Shown: positions 45,453-60,062, counted from the stretch's first letter. The stretch: DNA of 64,000 nt from the human T2T-CHM13v2.0 reference genome, Homo sapiens (GCF_009914755.1 NC_060925.1), one strand, 5' to 3'. Notes: generated by a model not told the origin, from the letters alone. A program made the numbers and translations.

Positions 45453-47576
45453 CAATGAGCTCTAAGCTCGTTTAGTCCCTAGAATTTTAAAATTATGGAA
45501 TTCAATGAAATAGAGAAATTCCTATGATGTGATGGAACCTACAGAATTTAATGGCACACTTCTCTGTAGTTGTATAGATTTAGGTTTGCAAAACAAAAAC
45601 TTAAGGTTATCTCTTTATAAACCTGATGTTTATAAATTGTGTATCTGTTACAAGATTGACAAAGACACTCAACTATGTTAATGTTGCATTTTTTTCAGGC
45701 ACAAATAGCAATGAAAAAAATGAAATATAGGACTCTTGGAAAACTACGGTTTCTCTCTAAAACAAATCATTTAAAAGTACCATAAATATTTGCTTATTAC
45801 TAGTGGGAAGGTATATGCAACTTAGAGCAAGTATAAGAAAATAAGAAGTATTTTCTAGAGTTAGGTATCTATCCCCAACTATTAGCAAACACTACTTTAT
45901 TTAACTTTTTCTTTGTCCTAATTCTTCAAAAATTAGCTAACCATTTCTTTCGCTCATTCCCAATTTCTAGTTTGCAAGGGAAAGTCTTTTCGTTTTGATA
46001 TGACTCTAAGATGCTTACATTTCACAAAGCTGCCCCAATCATTTTAGGGTCAAAAGATCTTAACTGCCAATGTGCGGGTATATTAGTTACAAATATTGAT
46101 TTTATATTCTTCAAAGTCTTAGTTAACTCTCTAAGTGTTCTCTGTAATCCTTTCTCCTCTGATTCTTGTTTACACAAGAGAAAAGCAATTTTCTTGAAAG
46201 AAACAAAAGAAGGACCAAAAGGGTGCTAGGAAAAGCATAGAGCTTTATGATAAGAGTATGAGCTTTAAACATGGGTTCAAATTTTTGACCTTGGAAAATT
46301 TTCACAATGCTATGAGTCTCGATTTCTTTGTAAAATATACATTTTAGAGATATTATAACAACTTCATGGGTGAGTATATAGAGAACCATTATAGGACCTG
46401 TACATAAGAGAGGCTTCTTTAACAATGCCTATTGGTATTATTAAGCATTGCATAGCTCCTTTGGCTTTACTGTGTTTGGCTTTAGCAGCAAGAGAAAAAC
46501 TCTCTGGTTTAGTATCCATAACCATAACCTTCTCCTAGTCCTATGCTAATCAACAAAGATATTTCTCTCTTTCCTCATTTAGAATAAACATGTAGTTAGC
46601 ATTATTTGAAAACTCTTCAGGGTTCATTATATTTCAAGCCACCTAAATTGGTAAATCATTTTTATGCCCCTCGTCTTTTATCAGGATATCTCAATAAGCA
46701 TTATTCAAAGAAAAATATGTGATTAGTCTGCAATCCTCCTAAGAACTTTCCAAGTACTGTTCAAAATATAAGATAAAACCTACAGTAGTGAAAGAGCCCA
46801 GAAGGATAGAAATTGGCTGGTTCTTAGATTATCAGTCTCCCTTGTGAGTCAATACAGAAGTTCTCTCCACTTCTAGAACTCATCCTATGGTCTCCTGGGC
46901 ATTGCTTCCCCTCATCTAAGGCAAAAATTCTAATCTTACTTGGAATTATTGCTTGTTTTCCATCAGTATTGTTTGGCCTCTTCTCTTCTCCTCACCTATT
47001 CTTTTAAGACAACTACACATCTGGCTGAAAGCTGTTACCATGTTTAATTCTCTATGAAAAATTAGGCATTTTATAGAACTAATTGCTACGTTGGGCAGCT
47101 GGTGGTCAGACACAATAACAGATTCGATCCATTAGCGGCATACCCAATCCTTAGGCAGAATGTATGTGTGTATTTGCACACTGAAGTCTGAATGTAGTGG
47201 TTTTCAATTGCTGTTCTGCACAGGTGAGCCTGCAGACCACTTTTTGAGCACAAGATGACAAATATGTTGGATCTCTTTGCAACAATATTGGTCCATACTG
47301 TCTGTACGAAATTCTGAATATTAAGTATTTGATGGTTTGTGAAGTAATAGATTGATTTTGTAAATATTCTTAAACTTTTGAAAAAGTAAATTTCTCAGTT
47401 TACTAGATGTAGTATTATTATTATCAGGCTTTAAGAAAAAGAGACCAGTCTGCTACTTCTGAAGACTACCAAATTAGTCAAATCATACGTTAACTATAAA
47501 AATGTTCTTTTTGCTTCTTTCTCTTTGATTTTGGAAGAATAACTGTTGACACAGAGGGATAGAGAAGCATGGGCTC

Positions 47577-48131
47577 CAGGTTGAGCATCCCTAATCCAAA
47601 ACTATCTGAAATTCAAAAGCTCCAAAATCTGAAACTTTTTGAGCACGGACATGATGTCACAAGTGGAAAATTCTACACCTGATCTCATGTGATGGGTTGC
47701 AGTCAAACCACAGGAGTGCGACAAATAGTTTATTCAGAATCCCCAAGAGAAAAAAGACCCTCCCACTTCTGTGCTAATTCACTTATGTGTGAATAAGTAT
47801 AAGAAAATAATTGCTTATTGATAGCAAATAAATTTAGAGTCAGGAATAATGATCATGTCAAACAATAACAGGTCATTCACATGGGTGACTGAGATCATGA
47901 CATAGTGACGTCTTTGCTTTCTGATGGTTACATTTTCACAAACTTTGTTTCATGGATAGAATTATCTAAAATATTGTATACAATTATCTTCATGCTGTAT
48001 ATATAAGGTATATATAAAATATAAATAAATGTTGTGTTTATAGGTGGTTCTCATTCCCCCCAAAAAAAACAGTCCACAATCCAAAACACTTCTGGTTCCA
48101 AGCATTTTGGATAAGGCTACTCAGTCAATAT
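47577..48131 (+). mobile_element. Tigger4/MER46-family TcMar element
   Basis: TIR CAGGTTGAGCATCCCTAATCCAAAA and degenerate right TIR TTTTGGATAAGGCTACTCAG. Confidence 0.85.
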
Positions 48132-48755
48132 TAGCAGTGGGAAAAACCTAAGAACTTACTTCTCTGGTCCAATTTTATTGCTTGACTGAGAAGAAAACGG
48201 AGACAGAAACATCCTGGCCACAGAGTGAGTGTGAATTATAGAGGCCAGGACTGGGGTGCTGACACCCAGGGCGGTGTTTTTTCCCATAGCTCTCTCTTCT
48301 AGACTAAATTAGAAAGTCACTGAGATGTGTAAGTGATACGTAGTCTTTACTGTATACATGAGTGAAGGATCCAAATCCTTTTGAAATATTGTTAATAAGC
48401 TGTAGGTGGATTTTGTACATAATGGCTGACTCTGTTTTATTTGTGCACAGAAAGGCACTTAATAAATGCCATTAGATTGAGTTTAAGTCAGGCATAGGTG
48501 CTTCGCACCAATCAAATTGATTTATCAGCTTGTAACCTGAATATCTGGAACCTGTAATTGTGTTCTATATTGACATGTAGAATGTCCTCCATTCATATGT
48601 ATCATCATCACAAGCTCAAGAAAAATTTTCTTCTGAAGTGTGCATCTGAAGAAACAGAATGCATCTATAAATTAAAATTTAATAAAAAATATCATCTGGG
48701 ATTAAAATTAGCATGAAAGATATTTTTAGAAATACACTTGAATTACTAAAGAAGT

Positions 48756-49572
48756 TGTCGCTAGCAGCCCACCAAAGATTTTTGCTCTTCCTTCCACAGT
48801 GGTATGGTTAGGCTTTGTGTCCCCACCCAAATCTCATCTTGAATTGTAATCCCCATAATTCCCATAATCCCCACATGTCAAGGGAAAGACCAGGTGGAGG
48901 TAATTGAATCATAGAGGTGGTTTCCCCCATGCTGCTCTCATGATAGTGAGTGAGTTATCACAAGATTTAGTGGTTTTATAAGGGTCTTCCCCCTTCACTC
49001 ACCACTTCTCCTTCCTGCCATCTTGTGAAGAAGGTGTCTTGATTCCCCTTCACCTTCTGCCATGATGGTAAGTTTCCTGAGGCCTCTCTAGCCACCCTGA
49101 ACTGTGAATTAATTAAACCTCTTTCCTTTATAAATTACCTAGTCATGGCAGTTCTTTATAACAGTATGAAAATGGACTAATACATAGTAATAAATTGTGA
49201 GTGAAATAAGGCTATCCTGAGACGATATTTGCTAGCTCCCCGTTTATCCAGCTGCCGAGGTCATGTGAGTAATTCTCATTAACATAAGGGGAAGTGATGT
49301 GCATCGCATGAGAGCAGAGCTGACTTTAAGAAGTAGTTTAGCCATCTCCACATTTTCTGTTCTGATTTCCTGACTGAATACAGAATCCTCCTAGTCTCTG
49401 GGGAGGGGCAGATCTGCAAGATGGAAGACACCTGAGTCCCTGAATCTTCTGCCACTTGCCAACTAGGGATATCATCATTGACTGTTACCTGAGTAGAAAC
49501 ACTATCTTATTGAGTTAAGCCTCTGATATTGAAGAGTCTGTATATTAGAGCAGCTCAAGTCATCTTAATACA
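48756..49572 (+). mobile_element. MLT1J-like LTR interrupted by THE1D
   Basis: CAAGATGGAAGACACCTGAGTCCCTGAATC; ends TAATACA. Confidence 0.7.
48800..49184 (+). mobile_element. THE1D-like solo LTR
   Basis: Typical THE1 body; approximate TSD CACAG/CATAG. Confidence 0.92.
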
Positions 49573-50919
49573 CAAGTCAAAGTAAAACTGACCAGGTTTG
49601 ACCGTAACAAAATGCACTTAAAGGGAGAATACAGATTCTACAAAAGAGACATCCAATTGTACCAAGTGTTATAGGTAACAAAAAAAGAGTTGTGTATCTC
49701 ATACTCCATCTCTGAGTTATATATACTTAGAGTCATGAACTGGGGATAGTAATTGAAAGGTCAGATTGATGAGACTAGCACCAGAGATAAGATTTCTATG
49801 ACAGGTTGATGGATACTCCACTATCAAGGTGTACTTTTAATCATAACCTCGTTACTTTACTTCTGATGGTTAAGCTCACCTTGCAAGAAGAATTTGGTTC
49901 TGACAATGGTCGTCAGGTCCAGGGGGAAAGTGAGTGAATTAGCAGAGAAAAGGGACAGGAAGAGAGAGAGAGATTGAGAAAGAGAGAGAAATATGTGGGT
50001 GATGAAATTCAGCAAAGTATTGTTGGAGAAAGTGGAGAAGATGGAGAATTAGAAACTTAATACGGCATCTGCAGATGTCTCCATAGGACCAGGAGGAAAT
50101 CATCCCAAGCCAATAAGCGTGTCATGGGGAGAAATGAGGATTTAAACTTAATAGCAAATAGATTCAGCAATGCAGCTTTGTAGAGCTGTGGGGGGAGTTT
50201 GGTTCTTAGCCCAGAGAGAGCTTAATAGAAGTCAATAATGAAATCATCAAGATGCAAGCATTAAAAGCTTAAATGTGCTGTCTTTGCCTTTGATTACAAA
50301 GGTTTTGTTTCTTTCCAAGCACAAACTCAAGTACACAATAGATTCTTCACTCAAAAAAAAAGTATTCACTTTAAGCAACAAAAACAACAAAAAAAGTCAT
50401 ATTGTCTTAAATCAGTATCTCTTTCCTTTTACAGGAAAAATAAAAAACAAGGAAACAAAAATAGTTAAGGAATGGAGACAAGTGAAAACCTTTGAATGCA
50501 GACTGAAATGTGTGTTCAAGAAGCCTTTCCTTAATAGTGAACCAGTTATAAATATTGCTTTATACATGATTCTCCCCACCCCCAAATTCAACAGGAGTGA
50601 TGACCAGTTCTATAGCACTTTGAATGCAAGGGACTCTAAGTGTGTTATCAATATGTATTTATTAAACAGCATCACACTCTAGATAGGAATTTTTAAATAT
50701 TTTATTTACACAAAGGGTAATTTTTCAGTTTCAACACTCCTCATACTTGTAAAAGCATGAATAACAAATCTGGTATTAATTCTCTAGGAGGAATCATAGA
50801 GAAATTCTCCCTATAAAATTAGGAATACTAGCATCCTAACTTTAATGATATCAAAAATGACATTATAATTTTTGAGAAATACATATAAAACATCTTTTAA
50901 AGAATACATATCATTCATA

Positions 50920-51035
50920 TATTTATTCATTCAACTAGTATATATTGAGAACTTTCTCTGAATTAGCTACTGTTCTTTGTGCAATGGTTATAGAGAAGAA
51001 TGTGGCACAGTCCCTGCCACTAAGAGAGTCAAATA
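50920..51035 (-). mobile_element. L2 3' end
   Basis: TTCATTCAAC..TATTGAG..CAGTCCCTGCC. Confidence 0.6.
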
Positions 51036-51798
51036 GAATTATTTCATTCTTTTCCAGAAAAAAAATTCTAAATAAAAAAGGGAGAAACCAAAGATGTAAG
51101 GATTACATGGAAAATGAAACTATGTTTGCCAGAATAGAAAATAACAGTATATTTGTTAGCGAACATTTTCTCCTTTTCTGGTATTTAAGTTTACATGAAG
51201 AGTAGAAAACAAGGTAAAGTGAGAGTTCTCACTTTTTACACTTTGGGAAAAAGGAACATTCCTTCTGATTCTGACAATAAATTTGAGGCCTTATCAAGTC
51301 CTTTTTCTGAGTCCCCTCTCTCATCCTCCTTCAAGCAGGAAGTACATCAGAGGAAAAGACAGATAACATTGTAAACTACATTCCAGATGGTAAATGTCAG
51401 AAATGGGAACTTTAAAACTCTACTGTTTCGCCTAATTCCACTTTTCTGGAGTCCTTAGACAAACATTCAAAAATGAATGTCAGGCTTACATAATTATGGC
51501 CACCTATAAGGTTCAAGAAATGGATATTCTGTTTCTATTAGTCAGGCAAAGGAGACAATAGTGAGTATGTACACCGCCTGTTGTGGACTTATTTATTCCA
51601 TTTTCTGTGGGCCATAAGTTCTGACTTGAATGGGCAGCATTGAAAAAGGAATCCAGAATACCTATGAAGGTATCCTAATAGATATACCTGCCCCCAGTAG
51701 GTACCTATAAAAGTCTGAATTCATTTTTCTGGATTTCTGTTTCCAATAGATACCTATAAAGAAATACAAAGTTTAAAAAAACAAAAACTTTTTTATTG

Positions 51799-53599
51799 TG
51801 GCTGGCAAGATGGCCGAATAGGAACAACTCTGGTCTGCAGCTCTTAGCGAGATCAACGTAGAAGGCAGGTGATTTCTGCATTTCCAACTGAGGTACCTGG
51901 CTCATCTCGTTGGGACATCTCATTGGGTTAGACAGTGGGTGCAGCCCATGGAGGGCGAGCCAAAACAAGGTAGGGCATTGTCTCATCTGGGAAGCTCAAG
52001 GGGTTGAAGAACTCCCTCCCCTAGCCAAGGAAAGCCTTGAGGGTCTGTGCCGTGAGGGATAGTGCGTTCCAGCCCAGCTACTATGCTTTTCCCACTGTTT
52101 TCGCAACCCACAGACCAGGAGGTTCCCTCGGGTGCCTACACCACCAGGGCCCTGGGTTTCAACCACAAAACTGGGCAACCATTTGGGCAGACACCAAGCT
52201 AGCTGCATGAGTTTTTTGTTTTGTTTTGTTTTGTTTTTATACCCCAGTGGTGCCTGAAACACCAGCGAGACAGAACCATTCAGTCCCCTGGAAAGGGGGC
52301 TGAAGCCAGGGAGCCAAGTGGTCTAGCTCAGCGGATCCCAACCCCATGGATCCCAGTAATCTAAGATAAACTGGCTTGAAATTCTCATTGCCAGCACAGC
52401 AGTCTGAGGTCGACCTGGGATGCTCAAGCTTGGTGGAGGGGAGGGGCGTCCACCATTACTGAGGCTTGAGTAGGTGGTTTTCCCCCTACAGTGTAAACAA
52501 AGCTGTGGGGAAGTTCAAACTGGGCAAAGCCCACCACAGCTCAGCAAAGCCTCTGTAGCCAGACTGCCTCTCTAGATTCCTCCTCTCTGGGCAGGACATC
52601 TCTGAAAGAAAGGCAGCAAGCTTATAGATAAAACTCCCATCTCCCTGGGACAGAGCACCTGGTGGGGAAGGGGTAGCTATGGGTGTAGTACAGCACATTT
52701 AAACATTCCTGCCTGCCGGCACTGAAGAGAGCAGCAGATCTCCCAGCACAGTGGGGGAGCTCTGCTGATGGACAGACTGCCTTCTCAAATGGGTCACTGA
52801 CCCCCGTGCCTCCTGACTGGGAGACACCTCCCAGCAGGGGTCGACAGACACTTCATACAGGAGAGCTCTAGCTGGCATCTGGTGGGTGCCCCTCTGGGAT
52901 GAAGCTTCCAGAGGAATGAACAGGGAGCAATCTTTGCTGTTCTGCAGACTCTGCTGGTGATAGCCAGGCAAACAGGGTCTGGAGTGGGCCTCCAGCAAAC
53001 TCCAGCAGACCTGCAGCAGAGGGGCCTGACTGTTAGAAGGAAAACTTAGAAATAGCATCACACCAAGAAAAAGGACGTCCACTCAGAGACCCCATCCAAA
53101 AGTCACCAACATCAAAGACCAAAGGTAGATAAATCCCTGAAGATGAGGAAAAACCAGCACAAAAAGGCTGAAAATTCCAAAAACCTGAACGCCTCTTCTC
53201 CTCCAAAGGATCACAACTCCTCGCCAGCAAGGGAACAAAACTGGACGGAGAATGAGTTTGACCAAAAGCAGAAATAAATAAGTTATTTGAAACCAAAGAG
53301 AACAAAGACACAACATACCAGAATCTCTGGGACACAGCTAAAGCAGTGTTTAGAGGGAAATTTATAGCACTAAATGCCCACAGGAGAAAGTGGGAAAGAC
53401 CTAAAATTGACACCCTAACATCACAATTAAAAGAACTACAGAAGCAAGAGCAAACACATTCAAAAGCTAGCAGAAGACAAGAAATAACTAAGATCAGAGC
53501 AGAACTAAAGCCCAGGACCAGATGGATTTACAGCCCAATTCTGCCAGAGGTACAAAGAGGAGCTGGTACCATAACTTCTGAAGCTATTCAAAATAATAG
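51799..53599 (+). mobile_element. L1PA (PA7/8-like) 5' UTR plus spliced-together ORF1/ORF2 pieces, no 3' end
   Basis: GGCAAGATGGCCGAATAGGAAC start; ORF1 ATGAGGAAAAACC at 53143; jumps at ~53262 and ~53506; ORF2 peptide [18 protein letters not shown]. Confidence 0.88.
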
Positions 53600-55593
53600 C
53601 TCAGGACCTGAGCTTTTCTTTGATGAAAAACTTTTTGTTACTAATTCAATCTTATTGCTCATTATTGATGTGTTCAGATTTTCTCTTTGTTTATTATTCA
53701 GTCTTGGTAGGTTGTTATGTTTCTGGGAATTTATCCAACTCTTCTAGGTTATCCCTTTTTTGGCTTATAATTGTTAATAATAGCCTCTAATGAGCCTAGT
53801 ATTTCTGTGGTATACTTTGTAATGTCTCATTTTTAGTCTCTGATTTTATTCATTTAATACTTCTCACTCTTTTCTTTTTAGTTAGATGACTAAAGGTTTG
53901 TTTACTTTGTCTTTTTACAAAACCAACTCTTCATTTTATTAACCTTTATATTTTTGTCTTTATTTTTGTTCTGATCTTTCTTATTTTCTTTCTTCTATTA
54001 ATTTTGAGTTTCTTAGGTACAATGTTATGTTGTTTATTTGAGATCTTTCTCTTTTTTTGATTTTGGCATTTATTGGTATAAACTTCTCTCTTAGAACTGC
54101 TTTTGCTATATCCCATAGGTTTTCGTATACTAGGTTTCCATTTTCATTTGCCTCAAGAAATATTTTAAATTTCCTTTATAATTTCTTCAAGAACCCATTG
54201 GTTGTTCAGGAGCATGTTGTTTTAACTTCCATATGTTGTTAATGTTTCCAATTTCCTCCTGTTGTTAATTTCTAGTTTTATATCTTTATGGTGAGAAAAA
54301 TTCTTGCTATGCTTGTAATCTTTTAGAATTTGTTAAGACTATTTTTGTGGTCTAACATATGATCTGTCCTGGAGAAAGTTCCATATCCAAATGAGAAATT
54401 GTATATTCTGAAGCTATTGGATGAAATGTTCTATAAATGTCTGTTAGGTCCATTTGGTGTAGAGTTTAGTTTAAATCTGATGTTTCTTTCACAATTTGCT
54501 GTCTGAATAATCTGTTCCTTACTGTAAAGTGGAATGTGGAAGTCCTCTACTATTATTGTATTGCAGTCAACTTATTTCTTTAGATCTATTAATATTTGCT
54601 GTATATATGTAGGTGCCTCAATATTGGGTGCATTTATATTTATGATTGTCACATCCTCTTGCTAAATGATCCCTTTTATCATTATATAATGACCTTTTTA
54701 TCTTTTCTATGGTTTTTAATTTAAAGTTTATTTTACATAATACAAGTATAGCTACTCCTGCTCTCTTTTGGTTTCCATTTGCATGGAATATCTTTTCCCA
54801 TCTCCTCACCTTCTATCTACATATGTCATTACTAGTGAAATGTACTTGTAGGCAGCACATCATTGACCCTGGTTTTTAATTCATTAAGCCACCCTTTGTC
54901 TTTTAATTAGAGTCTTTAATCCACTTATATTTAAGGTGATTATTGATAAGTAAAAACTTTTTACTGCCATTTTGTTAATTGTTTTTTAGTTGTTTTATAA
55001 ATCCTCTATTCTTTTCTGTCTTCCTTTGTGACTAAGTTATTTTCTCTAGTAGTATTTTTTATTTCTAACTTTTAAATTTTGATTGTATATTATAGGTTTT
55101 TGATTTGTGGTTATCATGAGGCTTACCAAAAACATCTTATAGCTATAACAAGTTATTGTAAGCTCATAACAACTGAACTTTGTGATGATAAGACTCTACA
55201 TTTTAACCACATTCTGTTTTCCACAGTTTGAATATTTAATGTCACAATTTCCAACTATTTATAGTGTATATCTCTTAACACATTGTTTTAATTTTTTAAA
55301 TACTTGTGTCTCTTAACACTCATCCTAAAACTATAAGTGATTTACATACTAATTGTTATAGTATTAAAGTATTCTGAACTTGATGGTGGACTTATTTTTA
55401 CCAATGAGTTTTATGCTTTCAAATATTTTTAGCTTATTTGTTAGTATCTTTTTCTTCAGATTGAAGAACTCGCTTTAGCATCTTTTTAAGACAGTCCTGG
55501 GAGTGATGAACTAATTTAGCTTTTGTTTGTCTGGGAAAATTTTATCTCTTCTTCATTACATAAGGATAGCTTTGCTTGATTAAGAATTCTTGG

Positions 55594-56058
<465 letters not shown>

Positions 56059-56245
56059 TTACCTCTTGCTGCTTTCACATTTTCTTCTTTGTCTTTGCTT
56101 TTTAATAGTTTGATTATTATGTGTATTGGTATACTAATCTTTGAGTTGAATTTGATTGGAGACCTCTGTACTTCCTATAACTGGATGTTGACATCTATCC
56201 TTTAACTAGGCATGTTTTGTTTTCAGACATTATTTATTTTTTTAG

Positions 56246-56580
<335 letters not shown>

Positions 56581-56906
56581 TGAAACTCTTAATAACTAGA
56601 GCTTTGGTCTCTTAACTATCCCATAATTCCCATAGGCTTTTTATAGCTATAAGAAGTTTTTGGTAAGCCTTGTGATAACCACAAGTCAAAAATCTATAAT
56701 AATCTAAAAATAATAAGTAATAAGTAAAAAAAAATACTTTACTTTTTTAACTTTTTTCTCTGACTGGATAATTTCGAATGTTCTGTCTTCCAGGTCACTG
56801 ATTTTTTTTTTTTTTTTTCTGATAGATCAAGTCTCCTAATGAAGCTTTCTGTTGAATAATTTAGTTCCATTATTGTATTCATCTCCAGGACTTTTATATG
56901 GTTCTT

Positions 56907-57984
56907 TGTTGCAGGAAGTCAGGGACCCCAAACAGAGGGACCGGCTGAAACCATGGCAGAAGAACATGGATTGTGAACATTTTATGGACATTTATTAGTT
57001 CCCCAAATTAACACTTTTGTAATTTCTTATGCCTGTCTTTACTGCAATCTCTAAACATAAATTGTAAAGATTTCATAGACACTTATCACTTCCCCAATCA
57101 ACACCCTTGTGATTTCCTATGCCTGTCTTTACTTTAATCTCTTAATCCTGTCAGGCAAGGAGGCTGTATGTCACCTCAGGGCTATGTGATAATTGCATTA
57201 ACTACACAAATTGTACAGCATGTGTGTTTGTGCAATATGAAATCTGAGCACCTTGGAAAAAGGACAGGATAACAGCAATTGTTCAGGGAATAAGAGAGAT
57301 AACCTTAAACTCTGACCGCCAGTGAGCCGGGCAGAACAGAGCCATATTTCTCTTCTTTCAAAAGCAAATGGGAGAAATATCGCTGAATTATTTTTCTCAG
57401 CATGGGATATCCCTGAGAAAGAGAATGTGCACCTAGGAGTAGGTCTCTGAACTGGCCCCCCCGGGGCGTACCTGTCTCTTATGGTTGAGACTGCAGGGGT
57501 GAAATAAACTCCAGTCTCCCATAGCACTCCCAGGCTTATTAGGAAGAGGAAATTCCCGCCTAATAAATTTTGGTCAGCCCGGTTGATCTCAAAACCCTGT
57601 CTCCTGATAAGATGTTATCAATGACAATGGTGCCCGAAACTTCATTAGCAATTTTAATTTTGCCTCGGTCCTGTGGTCCCGTGATCTCGCCCTGCCTCCA
57701 CTTGCCTTGTGATAGTCTATTACCCTGTTAAGTACTTGATGTCTGTCACCCACACCTATTCGCACACTCCCTGCCCTTTTGAAAATCCCTAATAAAAACT
57801 TGCTGGTTTTTGTGGCTTGTGGGGCATCATGGATCCCCACGGAGACGTCACGTGGGATGTCTCCCTGGGACGTCCAGCTTCAAAATTTCTCTCTTTTGTA
57901 CTCTGTCCCTTTATTTCTCAAGCCAGCTGATGCTTAGGAAAATAGAAAAGAACCTATGTGATTTTCGGGGCAGGTCCCCTGAAA
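56907..57984 (+). mobile_element. MER11 (MER11C-sized) HERV-K11/HML-8 solo LTR
   Basis: TGTTGCAGGAAGTCAGGGACCCC start; ~1.08 kb; AATAAA at 57791; 6-bp TSD GTTCTT. Confidence 0.92.
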
Positions 57985-59619
57985 GTTCTTCTTTTGCTGG
58001 TTTCTAAAATATCTTCATTAATCTCTTTGCTTTTTCCATGTACTGTTTTCTAAATTTTATTAAATTTTCTACTTGTATATTCTTGCAATTCATGGAACTT
58101 CTTTATGAGTATTATTCTGAATTCTTTTTCTGTTATTTTATAGATCTCCATTTTTGGACTTTTGTTACTGAACCTTTATTAATTTCTTCTGGAGGTGTTA
58201 TGATGCCCTGATTCTTCGTAATTCCTGAGTTCTTACATTGTTGTCTGCACATTTGAAAAGAGAGCCCTTTCTTCTGGCCTTTACAAGTGTTCTTTGATGG
58301 GCATACAGCTTCACTATTCAGCCTAGCCTATATTTCTGGAAGCATCAGCTGGTGATGAGGCTGGGGTGACAAAACTGGTTGTGAGTTCCCTAGTTGGCTG
58401 GGCCACTGCTTTGGCTCTGATGTCAGATGGGGCTACTAGCTGGGCTCCACTGACCAGTGAAACTATTGGTTAGGCTCTGCTTTTAGGCAGAACTGCAGGC
58501 TGGGTACTACAGTGGCTTCTGGTCTGGCTGGTCACAAGATGTATTTTCTAGCCAGGCAATTTTTCTATTTGGGATTCTGCAGATGGGCAAGGATGCAAGT
58601 TGATCTCTGAGGTTAGGTGAACTCCCTTTAAACATTTACAAATGTATGTATTCCACTATGAACAGGTGGAACTCAAGGCTATGCTCCTTAGAATGAATGA
58701 CCCAGTTATTTCCTCCCTGTTAGAAGGAAGATGGTTGAGGGTGCCAGGGTGCCAGGGAGGGGGGCTAGCAGGGGGAGGCGACTTTAGGCTGGGTTGGGTG
58801 ACTGACCTCCTAGATAAAACAGGTCTAGCCCTTACATTTTCTGAAATTTACAGAGGTAGGAGACTACCTGCCTGGGCTGGTCATTGGGTGGGTTTTTTGG
58901 CTGTGCAGAGTCACTGCTTGACATCCTCAACCAAGCCAGTGTAGCTCTTTTGCTTCTCTGAGATTCATGGCAATGGGAGTTCCTCTGCCTGGTAGAGTCA
59001 TTGAGGTGGGCTTTGAGGCTGGGTAGAGAGGCTAGCATTCTGGGGGCTCAAGCCAGATTGTGTTTACCACCATGCTTCTAAAAGTGACCAGCTCAGCTTT
59101 GCATGTGTGCTATGAGGTTGGCTAATATATCTGATAGAGTGCTGCAGCTGGTAGGAATGCAGAAGCATACCACCAAGATCTCTTGTCACTCTGTCACTTG
59201 CCACTCTCTTTGTTTCCACCTGACCCTAAGGCAGTCAAGCCACACTGTTACCCATAGTATTCCTCATGAAGTGAGACCAGAGTGGGCTTACTGGGAAGTG
59301 CTACAGAATGCTAAGGATGCTGGATAACTTCCTTCAATTCCCTTTTCCCCCTGCAGAAACTGTGCCAAGGGAAATCTTATTCCTCTGGCACTATGCCAAC
59401 TTTGGGGAAAGAGATGGGGTGGTACAGCCAATGTGGCAACATTAACTTATCCTCTTATTTGGATTTTATTCAGATTGGTATACCTATGATGTCTCAGGCT
59501 TTTTTTCAGGTGTTGGGGTTTTCAGAAGAATGTCTGTCGATACTTGCTTGTTTAATTTTCTGTGGTGGGTCATGGGTACCAAGATTTATTATTCCACTGT
59601 CTTGCCAATATCATTCTCA

Positions 59620-60062
59620 TTAAGGTTTTAATTCACATTTTCTTCATGACTAATGATGAGGACCATTTCACAGGTTTATTGGTTATTCCTTTATCCTCTT
59701 TTATGAAGTATATGTTCAAACCTTTTGCCAACTTTTAATGGAGGGTTTGTTTTTTAATTGTTGATTTATAGTAGCTTTTACATATTCTAGATATGTGCTG
59801 TTTGTTATGTATAAGTTTTGCAAATATTTTTGCCTAGTTTGTAGCTTATTTATTTTCTTAATTAGATGCTTTGATAGGTAGAATATTTTTATTTTAGTGA
59901 AGTGCAATCTTTGTTTTTTTTCTTTATTCACTCTGGCTTTTTATATCCTGCTTAAGAAATATTTGCCTACCCCAAGGTTCAAAAATATTCACTTATTTTT
60001 ACTCTACAAATCTTATATGACCCATTTCAACTAATTTTTGTATGGTGTGAGGTAGAGGCCAA
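59620..60062 (-). mobile_element. Ancient L1ME ORF2 fragment
   Basis: Degenerate antisense ORF2 3' region. Confidence 0.65.
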
